Position numbers and translations under genes: made by a program. Below the pieces are notes generated by a model. That model was not told where the DNA came from and searched no databases. It was given only the letters and a program-made list of their open reading frames with translations. From the NCBI RefSeq assembly GCF_006345805.1, contig NC_043007.1, positions 4,278,001-4,342,000 of the forward strand: a stretch of DNA of 64,000 nt, written 5' to 3'. This document shows, one piece after another, positions 12,393-24,436 of the stretch (position 1 is its first letter; each line of letters starts with the position of its first letter). The stretch comes from Octopus sinensis. Taxonomy: Eukaryota.

Positions 12393-13729
12393 TGGTAAGA
12401 AAACCCCACTTACCTAAGGTTTCATGCAATTTGATCTAGCAGAACTTTATGCCAATATAAGAAACCGTAATTGTTCTGTGGATGATGTATTATGCATTCA
12501 CTATTGTGAAAATCTCCTTTCTTGTAGTGATCTGCTCTCTTGAAGAGATCAGTTCTTTTGTAGATGTCAATACCTTTTAGAAAGTTTTGAAGTGGATGAG
12601 GATATCTACAGCAAATAAACATACAACATGCGACTCTTGCGTTCCGATTATAGTCTCTTGTTGGATCTCTCAGCTGTTGATGCATGAGACCATGTGACAC
12701 GATGTTTACTTAGTGATCTTTCAAAACTGATTTGTATTGTACAGACCCAATCTTTCAATGAGAAAGTTCAAATATGTGAGACATTCCAAACAATTTAACA
12801 CTTAAACCCAGGAATATCATGCAGGCTCATACATGTGCACATATGTAAATATCTGCAGAGATACGCATAAAGATGTACAGATGCACAAGTACTTCTAGCA
12901 AAAAATGCCTCATTTAAACTGTGTTCCAATTGCAGTTGTCTTTTTTTTCTGGTTTTTCTTTTCTTTTGTGGCTTATCTAGGAATTGCATCAGCTAGATTG
13001 TCTTCTCTTTTTAAGCATGGTGCTTTTGCTGGAGATTTGGTTGCTATTTCTAGCAAGTCAAATGACTAAATAGAAGTTTTTGAATAGCTAAAAATGCAAC
13101 ATGTCCAGTTTGTCACGTGGCACCACATATGGTCACCTCAACTACTTTTCATCAAAGTGCACAACATGGTCCTTTACTAGCAGAAGCACTGCATATCAGG
13201 TACAATGGATCTGTGTAGAGAATATAGTTGAATGGTCAATAATGGAATCATTCTACAGTTGATTGACTTTTTAGAAGTAGAAGAAAAGCCTCTCTCAAAT
13301 CACACATTCCCAAGTTAAAAGAAGAAAGATCTACTGGACAATGTGGTTCTGGATATACACTGCCTAAGAGAAAATCTAAAAGATGGAATGGTTATTGCTT
13401 GAGTACATTCTATCATGACTGACCTGGGGACTAACAATAATAAGCACCTTGCTATATTCTGTAGGTAGGTTTATGGAAAAGTTCAGTAAGTTTCTTTGCT
13501 GTGCAGAGTAAAGAACCTGAGGTTTCAGGGCCTTTGTCTTTCATCTGAAAGTGAGGAAATGAGAAAGTGGTGTTTAGGGTTGTTGATGAGTAAACATGGC
13601 TAAAGGTCTGCTTGATTTGGGCAGACCTGGGGCTAAACCACCACCACCGCAGCAGCAGCAGCAACAACAATAACAACAACAACTACAGCAGCCGTCCAAG
13701 AATTTGGACCTGGAGATCTCTATTTCCAG

Positions 13730-13807
13730 TGACTTCGAAGGCCACCTCGGGTGTCAACGATGAGCCCTCAACTACAACAAGACGACCAAAGTTTTTTTTC
13801 TTCCAAG
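13730..13807 (+). CDS. Candidate internal exon (78 nt, phase 1-1), S/T-rich stalk-like peptide (V)TSKATSGVNDEPSTTTRRPKFFFFQ
   Basis: Acceptor ctctatttccag|, donor caag|gtctgg; length divisible by 3; only the phase-1 frame is open; unique sequence retaining several CpGs. Confidence 0.5.
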
Positions 13808-14350
13808 GTCTGGGGTCTCCCGCTTCTAAGCCTAGACCATCACCTAATCACCCTTACCCATCTTGTTGCTTAACAACAACAACAACAACAACAGCAGCAG
13901 AGCTTTGTTCCACTTCAAGAACAATATATTTATAAACTAAAATAGATCTTGCATAAGAGTAACATACAAAATATATAAAGAAAGGAGGAGAAGAGAGCAT
14001 GTTGTGACACTGATATCTGTCCATAAAATATTCTTCGTATCAATGAACAGACTTCATTGTAGAGATGAGAAACCAGGTCATAGATTCAGCCTAATGAGAA
14101 ATTCCCAGTGTGTGCTGTTGTGTCTGCCATGGTGCCTACCACCAGAGACATCTCCCTCTCTCTCTGGCAATACGTTCCATTCATTGATTACTGCTGATCT
14201 GTCTTTTCCACTGTTAGTACGTCACTGTTTAAATCTACACACTTTATGCACTAACATACACATACTAACACACAAATATGCACACACTTACAAATACTGA
14301 GAACAACTGTTATATGTACATGCACACGTGCTAAAACGCACATATACTTA

Positions 14351-14566
14351 TGCAGATCGTTAGCCACTACACACATTTTTTTTCTCTCCTTGCTTTTTCT
14401 CTCCTTTTTTTCTTTCCTTTTTTTTCTCTCCTTGTTTTTTCTGTGTCCCTTTCTGTAGAAGAGCGTAGGCTCGAAACGTAAAAAACTTTTTCTATTCCTG
14501 AGCGTTATACTAATACATCTGTTTGTTTTGTAAACCACCTGTCTTTGTTTTTTGTAAACTCTCCCT
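14351..14566 (+). mobile_element. Penelope-like terminal-repeat fragment carrying a minimal hammerhead
   Basis: T-rich unit ending in (TA)n, containing ctgtagaagagcgtaggctcgaaacgta; partial second copy at 10970. Confidence 0.55.
14450..14483 (+). ncRNA. Minimal type I hammerhead motif with variant core (CUGUAGA)
   Basis: ttt-ctgtaga-a-gagc[gtag]gctc-gaaa-c-gta-aaa: stem II gagc/gctc, GAAA, palindromic ACGU stem III, GUA triplet; A6 replaced by U and stem I only 3 bp. Confidence 0.55.
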
Positions 14567-14674
14567 ATATATATATATATATATATACATACATACATAC
14601 TTATGCATATATATATATATATGTAAATTCGCCTGGTATGTACATGTTTTCATTTTTATGTATTCTGATTATGT

Positions 14675-14736
14675 CTGCACTGATGAGTAGAGAGTGTGTT
14701 ATGTACGCTGACTATGAAATCATACATGATTTGCAG
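14675..14736 (+). ncRNA. Type I hammerhead ribozyme motif, near-canonical
   Basis: Stem I ctgca/tgcag; CUGAUGA 14680-14686; stem II gtag...ctat; GAAA 14716-14719; stem III atcat[ac]atgat; AUU cleavage triplet. Confidence 0.7.
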
Positions 14737-15309
14737 CTAAATCTGTTTTTAAGAGATGACTTCCAAGTTACTTTCCCCACTTTGAATACAGAGTATATTT
14801 ATTAAAGTAGTTTTGACTTTAAGAATCCCTTAAAGCATGAGGCATTTACATATAGTGATAGCCCTTAGTATAATGACTGTATATATATATATATAGTTTT
14901 TGTTAGGTTACCTTGTATGTCTCTACTGTCATGTTTTTGTTCCCAACTTTGACCCTCCATAAATCCTAAATTTTATTTTAGAATTTATTGGAACAACTGT
15001 CTTTGAAGACTCATATAGTCATTGAATGCTCAAAATGAGGAGTAGATAGACAGCTGACAACTGATGAAGGGTCCTTTTTCTATGTTTACTTGTCCTATTT
15101 TCCAGTTTTTCTTGTTGTTTACATATTTAACTTGTTTGTTTATGTATTTCATGTTATTCACACCATTGGTGTCGTCCTGTATCCGTTTATGCGTATATAT
15201 ATATATATAGAGAGAGAGAGAGATAGATAGATATACATAATCAACCTACACATACATGCAATCCTATACATAGACATATAAACATATGCATACAAATTCA
15301 TAGATATCC

Positions 15310-15340
<31 letters not shown>

Positions 15341-15348
15341 ATTATATA

Positions 15349-15387
<39 letters not shown>

Positions 15388-16144
15388 CACAAACATGCAT
15401 ACATGAAAATCTATATGCAAACATTTATTCACATGTCCCGAGATATCAACCAGCACTCATATACACGCAAAGATATAAACTCTAATACTTTTGTATGTGT
15501 ACATGCTCAGAAATCTAAACACACAATGGAAAGTGCACAGAGATACACAGAAATATATAGAAACTTATAAACTAACAACTATCCATATATAGTTCATACA
15601 TACATATAACCACACATGCACATATCAACATAAATATAAACTCTGACAAAACCTATAGTGAAACATATATCATATCCATGCACATGTAAACTTAAGCTTC
15701 AGCTCTTACATCTACTCCTACATGTAAACACACACATGCATTAACACAAAGCTCTCCCTCACATCCATTCACAGACTCAGCCACATTTATAAATCCAAAC
15801 ACATACACAGCAATGTCACTGATTTTATGCATGTCTGCTGAACACAAACACAGAAAGAAACACACACACACACACACAACTAGATTTGACCTTTCATTCG
15901 TATCCCTGTACTCTCACACTGGGACAAATGCATGTGCACATATGCATGCATGCATCATGCATTAAAGGATACATACATGTATGAAGAAAAACAAAAACAT
16001 ATCCGACTATGATAGAAAGAAGAATTTCCTAGTCCAACCAGCAACATAAATAGATATAGGCCAGTGGTGCTGGCATTATGATGGAAAGCCAGGTAGGTTA
16101 TCACTGCCACAACCACAGCTGCTGCCATCACTGCTGCCACCACC

Positions 16145-16178
<34 letters not shown>

Positions 16179-16601
16179 CTGTTTAAATTAAATATGTATT
16201 TCTCTCTGCCAGCAAGGGTCAGAGCGACAACATATCTCTATCCTGTGTTAATTCATATGTGAGGCTTTAGTATTTTTGCTCAGGTATAAACCTCACCATT
16301 CTTTCATACGCTTTCTTTGCCATATGTATGTACCCTCCATCATTGGCAACTCATTTGTTTTCACTGAAGATCTCTTTTTTATTTATACCACCACATCAAA
16401 TAATTTTACCATTATGCATTACCGGTACTAACTTTTTCAAAAGTTGGAGGGACAAAAGCCAGAATAGTGGAGAGGGAAAACATATTCTGCAAACAATCCA
16501 TCCAACCATTCAGTTTCCTATTCATATAATATTAAATATACATGAACATGCAGTATTAAAGATATATAGGATATATGGAATTATATATATGTATTACTCT
16601 A

Positions 16602-17400
16602 CAGGGTGGGTGAAAAGTAAATAGGCATTAAAAATTGGTACTAAAATCCAGATTCCTTTTACAAATTTATTGAAATAAAATGATACATGTTCTTTATTAC
16701 ATGGGAAAATGAAAGTAAATCTTCATATTTCAACATAAGCACTGGTGGTGTCAACCAGTTTCCTCAAACAGCCAGGGATGGAATGAACCAACTTGTGAAG
16801 GATGTTGTCTGGGAATGTCATTGAGAACCTCCTGAATCCATGTCTCCAAGTGTCTTCTACACCACCTCTTTTGCGTAATCCCACAGGTAAAAATCACCTG
16901 GAGTGAGATCTGGACTTCTTGGAGTTCTGGACGTCAGGACATCTGCAGTCACAGTCTTCAGGTTTTAGCTCCTGCACATAATGGGGTTTCCCTGGATGAA
17001 AATTCAATTCTTTAGGCAACACCATATATATTGTGTGTCTTGTTAGTCCTCTTTTGCGAGCTGCTTGACACATTGATTTTTGTGGGCTGTGATTAAACAT
17101 TTTGTGCACTGTTGCCACGTTCTCTGCTGACCGAGATGTGGTTGGACAGCCACTTCTTGCATCGTTTACATAACCCATGGTCATCAGCTTTGTATAAAAA
17201 CATTTTATTTCTCTGGGCGTAGTGTTGCATTTTTACCTTTCCATGCGTGCTGCCATCTCGGAACCAAAACAATGGAATTCTACACTTGCTCCTGGACAGT
17301 CAAGCCGCTGGCCATCTGAAAAATAAGAAATAAGAAAATAAAAAATCCCCATTAAAGTTGTTTGTTTAAAAATTATTTTCATCCTAACTTCAGTGAAATC
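16602..17400 (-). mobile_element. Tc1/mariner transposon relic, internally deleted
   Basis: TA|cagggtgggtgaaaagt terminus; minus-strand peptides RSGCPTTSRSAENVATV..SPQKS..AAR and PRSPDLTPGDFYLWDYAK; ATG at ~17315 preceded by an acceptor-like ttatttttcag. Right boundary approximate. Confidence 0.85.
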
Positions 17401-17719
17401 AAAAATTCTATAAGCAATTTCTAATGTAAAGTATATTTGTTACCATTGCCTGTTTGTAAGTATTGAGTGGAAAACTCAAGATGCAATGAATCAAATCCTT
17501 AACTTTGTAGAGTGTGTGCTTTTACACGTACCAACTTGGCCGTGAAACTGGACAAATGAGTACAGCTGTTTCAGTGTCTGCAATTTGGCACTGTTGTTTG
17601 GACACAATTCCTGTTTTGGCAATGGTTTTTTTTGGTGCCAGAGGATTTGTTGCTGAAGTCAGGCATACATGTGTATACACAGGTATGTAAACATATATAT
17701 GTATATATATATATATATT

Positions 17720-18032
17720 CCGTGTTGGTGACACATTAAAAGCACCATCCAAATGTGGCAGTTGCTAGCACCGCCTGATTGGCGTCTGTGTTGGTGACAC
17801 TTAAAAGCACCAACCAGTCATGGCCGTTTGCCAGCCTCCTCTGGCCACTGTGCCGGTGGCATGTAAAAAGCACCCACTACACTCACAGAGTGGTTGGCGT
17901 TAGGAAGAGCATCCAGCTGTAGAAACACTGCCAGATCAGACTGGAGCCTGGTGCAGCCTCCTGGCTTCCCAGACCCCGGTCGAACTGTCCAACCCATGCT
18001 AGCATGGAAGACGGACGTTAAACGATGATGAT
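17720..18032 (+). mobile_element. Family C (RTE tail) with ~65-bp tandem units
   Basis: Repeated taaaa(a)gcacc units followed by gtggttggcgttaggaagagcatccagctgtag...ggacgttaaacgatgatgatg. Confidence 0.85.
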
Positions 18033-18133
18033 GATATATATATATATAGATAATTTTTTTTTCAGAAAAACATAAATCTGGAGAAGAAGTGCACTCTAAG
18101 AAGTCTATATTTATTACTGGTGAAGGCCAGTTT

Positions 18134-18177
18134 ATAGGGTTACCCTGGGTTTCAGACCCTAAGACCTGTTGGCCTAT
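18134..18177 (-). ncRNA. Decayed hammerhead motif (3' half intact)
   Basis: Minus strand: atagg-ccaacag-gtcttagggtct-gaaa-ccc[a]ggg-ta-ac-cctat; GAAA, stem III accc/gggt and GUA triplet present, CUGANGA core mutated. Confidence 0.35.
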
Positions 18178-18210
18178 GGCCTCTTTAAAATATGCTATAT
18201 ATATATGTAT

Positions 18211-18585
18211 ATTCAATCATCACTAATTGTGACTGAGAATGCCGGGTAGTACCTATATTGTTAGAAAACCCTTAGAACTGCAAGAAGCCCATTTTCATAT
18301 ACTGCCCCATAAGCACATAAGTAAAGCTAGAATCACTGTACTAGACTAGTTTTGTCTATAAATTGCAGAGTCGTCAGCAGTGACTACCCCATCACTGAAT
18401 GGCTTAGCTAAATCCAGACTGTCAGTGTATACATTTACCACATAGATTTATGGTTGAGTTAGCGAAATGCTAATGCGAAATTGCAAAATAACATGGGCAG
18501 CTATATGCAATATAAAACCAAAAAGAAAACATTCAGTCGTTACTAATTGTGACTGAGGGTGCTGGATCGCACCTTTATTGCTAAA
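18211..18585 (-). mobile_element. 1.2-unit direct repeat (period 320 bp) enclosing a hammerhead; retrozyme- or Penelope-pLTR-like
   Basis: attcaatcatcactaattgtgactgagaatgccggg...tattgttaga (18211-18265) recurs as attcagtcgttactaattgtgactgagggtgctgga...tattgctaaa (18531-18585). Confidence 0.55.
18331..18385 (-). ncRNA. Type I hammerhead motif with G12A lesion
   Basis: Minus strand: agtcactg-CTGACGA-ctctgcaatttatagac-aaaa-ctag[t]ctag-ta-cagtgatt; 8-bp stem I, canonical core 5' half, GUA triplet; GAAA reads AAAA (CpG-type decay) and the first stem II pair is broken. Confidence 0.6.
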
Positions 18586-19339
18586 GAGAGACAGAGAGAG
18601 AGAAAGAGAGAGAAACCTCAAATTTTATTAAAAGGAACACAGTTGGACAAACAAGCCCCCTCTCCACATCCGCATGAACACACACACACATAAAGCGAAA
18701 GATGGAGAGAGTGTGTTCAGATATTTGTCAATCTTGCATAAAGATACAATGGCAAGGGCATAACCGTTTTTGCTTCCACTGCAATATCTGCATCAGCATG
18801 TGCATATAAATAAATCCTAATCTAGGCAGATAGTTTTGCATATTTTGGGCTAAATGGAAAAAAAAAAGAAAAAACTTATTTTTACTTGAAAACCAAAGAA
18901 TGACTCCTTTATAGCATTGTGTGCATTTTGTTTGAAATCACAGGGAATTGAAATGGGTCTCAAATTAGATTTAAAAAAAAATCTTTATATGTGTTGTGCT
19001 GCTTGCTGGACAAAAGAACTTACACTATGGGGTGAACACCTTTGTTATTTTTCCTGAAATAAGATGGATGAGAAGAGAGGCCTGGTGTGATGCTGAATGT
19101 TCTACTGGCAAACCACGTGTCAGAAATGGAGGATGACAGCTGCATTAGCAAGTTCAGAGCACTGAAAAACAATGCATTTGCATGAGAGGGAGACAATAGC
19201 AGATTTGGGATGAGGGAGTCAAAAGTGGTCTCAGCATACTGCACCTGACAAAGGATATGAAAGAGTACAATTTTGACTGGTGACATGCAGTATGTTCGTG
19301 TGTATGTGTATGTATAATATATCTATCTATATATGTAAT

Positions 19340-19635
19340 GGATACATCTATTTATCTATCCACTCAGTCGAAGTCGACTCTCAGTTACTCGATGGATCTG
19401 TGTCCTCCAGCCAGTTCTATCCTAGGTTGCTTCTTTCAGATTGGCTATGGCTATTCCCGTGTCACTCTTGATGGTGTCAGGCCAGCAGGTTCTTGGTCAG
19501 CCTCTTCCTCTCTTGCCACTGACCATTCCGAGCATGATGTCCTTCTCCAGGGATTTTCTCTGCATAATGACCAAAATATGTCAATCTATGCTTGGTGATC
19601 CTAACTTCTAGTGACAGTTTCAGCTTGATCTATTC
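19340..19635 (-). mobile_element. RTE (BovB-like) LINE 3' fragment
   Basis: gatgtccttctccaggga...ccaaaata and gtcgactctcagttactcgatgg resemble the antisense of an RTE C-terminus (LEKDIMLGMVSGKRGRG) and 3' end. Confidence 0.65.
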
Positions 19636-19682
19636 ATAATGTATGGATACATACATTAATGCATACACATGCACACACACAT

Positions 19683-19856
19683 AGGCACAGAGGCAGAAGT
19701 GTGGTTAAGAAGCTTCTTTCCTATCCATGTGGTCTCAGGTTCAGTTCCACTGTGGGGCACCTTGGGCAAGTGTCTTCTACTATAACACCAAGTTGACTAA
19801 GCCTTGTAAGTGGATTTGGCAGATGGAAACTGGAGAAAGCCCATTGTGTACATGTG

Positions 19857-19860
<4 letters not shown>
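19683..19860 (+). mobile_element. SINE family A, 5' half
   Basis: ggttcagttccactgtggggcaccttgggcaagtgtcttctactata...ggatttggcagatggaaactg. Confidence 0.8.
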
Positions 19861-19919
<59 letters not shown>

Positions 19920-19974
19920 TATATAAGACATATATATAATACATATATATAATATATATTATATATATATATAT

Positions 19975-20870
19975 CATCATCGTTGTAGTCATTTAACATC
20001 TGCTTTCCATACTGGTATGGGTTTGACAGTTTGACTAAGAACTGGCTGGCTGGGAGGCTGCACCAGGCTCCAATCTGATTTGACAAGGTTTCTGCAGCTG
20101 GATGTCCTTCCTAATGCCAACCACTCTGAGAATATAGTGCCTGCTGTTGTGTGCTATTGGCATGGCCGCCAGTTTGGCAGCACTGGCATCAGCCACACTT
20201 GAATGGTGCATTTTATGTGCCACTGGCACTGGTACCAGTCAAGTAGCACTGTCATAGGCCACGACTACAATTTCACTTGGTTGAACAGGTTTTCACTAGC
20301 ATGGCATATTGCCCTACAATTGAAGGATGCTTATTTTTAAATGGGTTGGTTATGCAACACTGGCATCAGCCATGGCTACGGTCTCACTTGGCTGACCAGG
20401 TCTTCTCAAACATGGCATATCTCCAAAGGTCTTGGTCACTGTGAGGTCCAATGTTTGAAGGTCATGCCACACCACCTCACTCCATATCTTCCTCAGTCTA
20501 CCTCTTCCACAGGTTCTCTTCACTTTTAGGGTGTAACACTTTTTCACACAGCTGTCCTCATCCATACACATCGCATGACCATACGAGCCCAGTTGTCCCT
20601 CATGCACATCACTTCTCATGCTTCATATGTCCAACTGTTCTCTCAGAGCACTTACACCCTGTCATGTATGCACACTGACATTACACATCCAGTGGAGCAT
20701 GCTGGTTTCATTTCTTTCAAGTCCACGCATGTCCTCAGCAGTTACAGCCCATGTTTCACTGCCGTGTAGCATGGCTGTTTATACTCAGATATTGTACAGT
20801 TTACCTTTTAGTCTTAGCGAGAGGCCTTTGTTACCAGCAGAGGTAGGAGCTCTCTGAACTTTGCCCAGGC
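19975..20870 (-). mobile_element. RTE LINE 3' fragment with family C tail
   Basis: Minus ORF YGHAMCMDEDSCVKKCYTLKVKRTCGRGRLRKIW; tail ends in (cat)n at ~19975. Confidence 0.88.
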
Positions 20871-21025
20871 TATTATATGTATATATATATATTATACATA
20901 TACATATATATTATACATTATATATATATACTTGTATGTATATATATATATATATATATAATGTATGTTATATATATATTGTATATATATATATTGTATG
21001 TATATATCTATGTATATATAGATAT

Positions 21026-21079
<54 letters not shown>

Positions 21080-21614
21080 TATATATATATATATTCAGAA
21101 ACCCTGAAAAACTGCACACCAGTATTATAGTAGGGTTGCAGTTGCAACGGTTGCTAATAGATGCAGTAGAAACATGTGTAGGTCTATTTGAAGCTGTAAA
21201 TGTATAAAAAGGAATGAAAGGTAATGCTATGCCACTTCATAATAACCTTTATTATTATTGTTATTGATACAAATACACACACACACACACACATATTAAT
21301 GTTTGTTCTTATGTTGAGTTGTAATGCAAACAATTTTACAATGAACTGATGGGTCACTCGATACTTTTGTAGAGCGCAAATTATTCTTGAACAAGGATGC
21401 TCTTGTCAAGGACTTTGAAGTTTTGACCAGTTAAGCTATCTTCAAAGTCACTGTCAACAACATCCTTGTTTCAGAATAATAAACACACACACACACACGC
21501 ATGTATTTATAAATAAAAAGGAATTAAATGTAATACTAATGCTACCTCGTAATAATCCTTATTATTATTATATGCAGGTGTGTGTGCATGTATAATATAC
21601 ATATAAAATATATC

Positions 21615-21645
<31 letters not shown>

Positions 21646-21854
21646 TACATGTATAATATATATCTCTATGCATGGATGTGTTTGTGAATCTCTGTCTATA
21701 TCTATCTATCTATCTACCTGTCTATCTTTCTGTCTGTCTTTCTCTCTCTGTATCATCATCGTCATCATTGTCGTTTAACATCCACTTTCCATGCTGGCAT
21801 TGGTTGGACGGTTTGACTGAGGACTAGTGAGCCAGAAGGCAGCACCAGGCTCAG

Positions 21855-21899
<45 letters not shown>

Positions 21900-21901
<2 letters not shown>

Positions 21902-22830
21902 TCATCATCATCATCATCGTTTAGCGTCCGCTTTCCATGCTAGCATGGGTTGGACCGTTCAACTGGGGTCTGGGAAGCCAGAAGGCTGCATCAGGCCCAG
22001 TTTGTTCTGGCAATGTTTCTACGGTTGGATGCCCTTCCTAACGCCAACCACTCCATGAGTGTAGTGGGTGCTTTTTACGTGCCAGACGAGTCTGGCAAAC
22101 GGCCACGATCGGATGATGCTTTTTACGTGCCAGACGAGGCTGGCAACGGCCACGAACAGATGGTGCTTTTTACGTGTCACCGGCACGAGGCCAGTCGGGG
22201 CGGCGCTGGCAACGGCCACGAATGGACGGTGCTTTTTACGTGCCACTGGCACGAGGCCAGTCGGGGCGGTGCTGGCAATGGCCACGTTCGGATGGTTCTC
22301 TTACGTGCCACCGGCACTGGTAACTCAGCTGCAATTTCCATTGATCGATTTCGATTCTGATTCTCACTTGCTCAACTGGTCTTCACAAGTAGAGTTTTGT
22401 GTCCCAAGAAGGGAAGGTATGCGTAAGTGGACTGGCTACATCCCGTGTAGAAGGCCATGGGTTATGGTCTCACTTGTCCTGCCGGGTCTTCTCATGCACA
22501 GCACACTTCCAGAGGTCTCGGTCTCTAGTCATTTCCTCAGTGAGACCTAAAGTTCGAAAGTCGTGCTTCACCACCTTGTCCCAGGTTTTCCTGGGTCTGC
22601 CTCTTCCACAGGTTCCCTCAACTGCTAGGGTGTGGCACTTTTTCACACAACTAGCTTCATCCATTCTCGCCACATGTCCACACCAGCGCAAACGTCTCTC
22701 TTGCACACCACATCTGATGCTTCTTAGGTTCAGCTTTTCTCTCAAGGTACTTACACTCTGTCGAGTATGAATACTGACATTACACATCCATCGGAGCATA
22801 CTGGCTTCATTTCTTGCGAATGTACGCATA
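21900..22830 (-). mobile_element. Younger RTE LINE 3' fragment with tandem-repeat 3' UTR
   Basis: Minus ORF RNEASMLRWMCNVS..LREKLNLRSIRCGVQERRLRWCGHVARMDE..GRGRPRKTW; CpG-rich repeat units at 22060-22320; (cat)n tail. Confidence 0.92.
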
Positions 22831-23430
22831 TCCTCACGCATACTTGCATACACACATATATAATGCATATTTCTTTATGATTTTAAGCAGAAAGGAAGTG
22901 ACTCAAAGTCCCGGAGTTTTGTGCAGGGTATTTATCAAAGTCCGATAATTGGCATTCATGAAATTCTCTGGCCTTGAGTAACTTGCTGCAGATTAAAAAT
23001 AAGAAACGAATATACATACATCCTCTGCTTTATCCATGAAAACTATATGCAATGTACGTGTCAATGTATACATGTACGTATATATATATGTTATACATCA
23101 TCACCATCTTCATCTTTAAGTGTCAGGCCTCCATGTTGGCATTGGTTGGGTTGTTTAACAGTGTCATGCTCCAGTGTCCACTTTGGCAGGGTCTCTACAG
23201 CTGGATACCCTTCCTAACACCAGCCACTTTACAAAGTGTCCTGGGGGATTTTATATGGTACAAACACAAGCGAAGATTGCATCATAACCTGCACAACTTA
23301 GGGCCTAAAGTAACTGTAGAGGAGAAAGGGGCAACGTTTCTAGGTGGAGACATGAGGGATGGTAATTGAGAGGCAGGGCTGAGAATGACGTGAAGAGGGA
23401 AGAAGATAGAAGTTAGTGACAGAGAAAATT

Positions 23431-23475
<45 letters not shown>

Positions 23476-23575
23476 NNNNNNNNNNNNNNNNNNNNNNNNN
23501 NNNNNNNNNNNNNNNNNNNNNNNNNNNNNNNNNNNNNNNNNNNNNNNNNNNNNNNNNNNNNNNNNNNNNNNNNNN
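23476..23575. other. Assembly gap (100 N)
   Basis: Run of exactly 100 N between a (GA)n tract and a SINE half. Confidence 1.
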
Positions 23576-23768
23576 TCTGTGTTTGTCCTTCCAACATCAC
23601 TTGACAACCGATGCTAGTGTGTTTACATCCCCGTAACTTAGCGGTTCAGCAAAAGGGACTGATAGAATAAGTACTAGGCTTACAAAGAATAAGTCCTGGG
23701 GCCGATTTGTTTAACGAAAGGCAGTGCTCCAGCATGGCCACAGTCAAATGACTGAATCAAAGAAAAGA
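23576..23768 (+). mobile_element. SINE family A, 3' half (cut by gap)
   Basis: tctgtgtttgtcc...gatagaataagtactaggcttacaaagaataagtcctggg...cagtcaaatgactgaa. Confidence 0.88.
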
Positions 23769-23934
23769 ATATATATATATATTATGTGTATGTGTGTGTG
23801 AGTATATATATGTGTGCATGTTATATATATACGTATATATATATATTTGTTAGATATGCATATGTACATATATGTGTATATATACACACACAAATACATA
23901 TATGCATAGAATTATACATACATGCATATCTTAT

Positions 23935-24341
23935 ATCTTTTGCTTGTTTCAGTCATTAGACTGCTGCCATTCTGGAGCACCCCCTTGTAGAATTTTTAGC
24001 TGGATGGATCAACCCCAGTACTTATTTTTTAAAAATCTGCTACTTACTCTATCAGTCTCTTTTGCCAAACCACTAAGTTACAGAGACGTAAACACATCAA
24101 CCCTGGTTGTTGGACAGTGGTGTATGAATGAACACAATCTCAAAGACACACACATAAAGATATATACACATTTATATATGATAGGCCTCTTTCAGCTTCT
24201 ATCAACCAAATTCACTCTCAAGGCTTTGGCCAGCCCGAGGCTATAATAGAAGACACTTGCCTGAGGTGACACACAATAGGACTGAACCCAGAACCATGTG
24301 GTTGGAAAACAAGCTTCTTACTACACAATTATGCCTGCACC
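23935..24341 (-). mobile_element. SINE family A, full length
   Basis: Reverse complement of both the head (gactgaacccagaaccatgtggttgg) and the tail (cttgtttcagtcatt). Confidence 0.85.
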
Positions 24342-24436
24342 TATATATATAGGGGGGAATATATCTATCTATATATATACCGGAGTAAACACATAAAGGT
24401 GGAAAAAGAGTACTCAAATACCAGTGGTAGAGTAAT

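Noticed and set aside
15061-15100. Second CTGATGA motif
   Set aside because: No stem II followed by GAAA downstream, so it is not a hammerhead.
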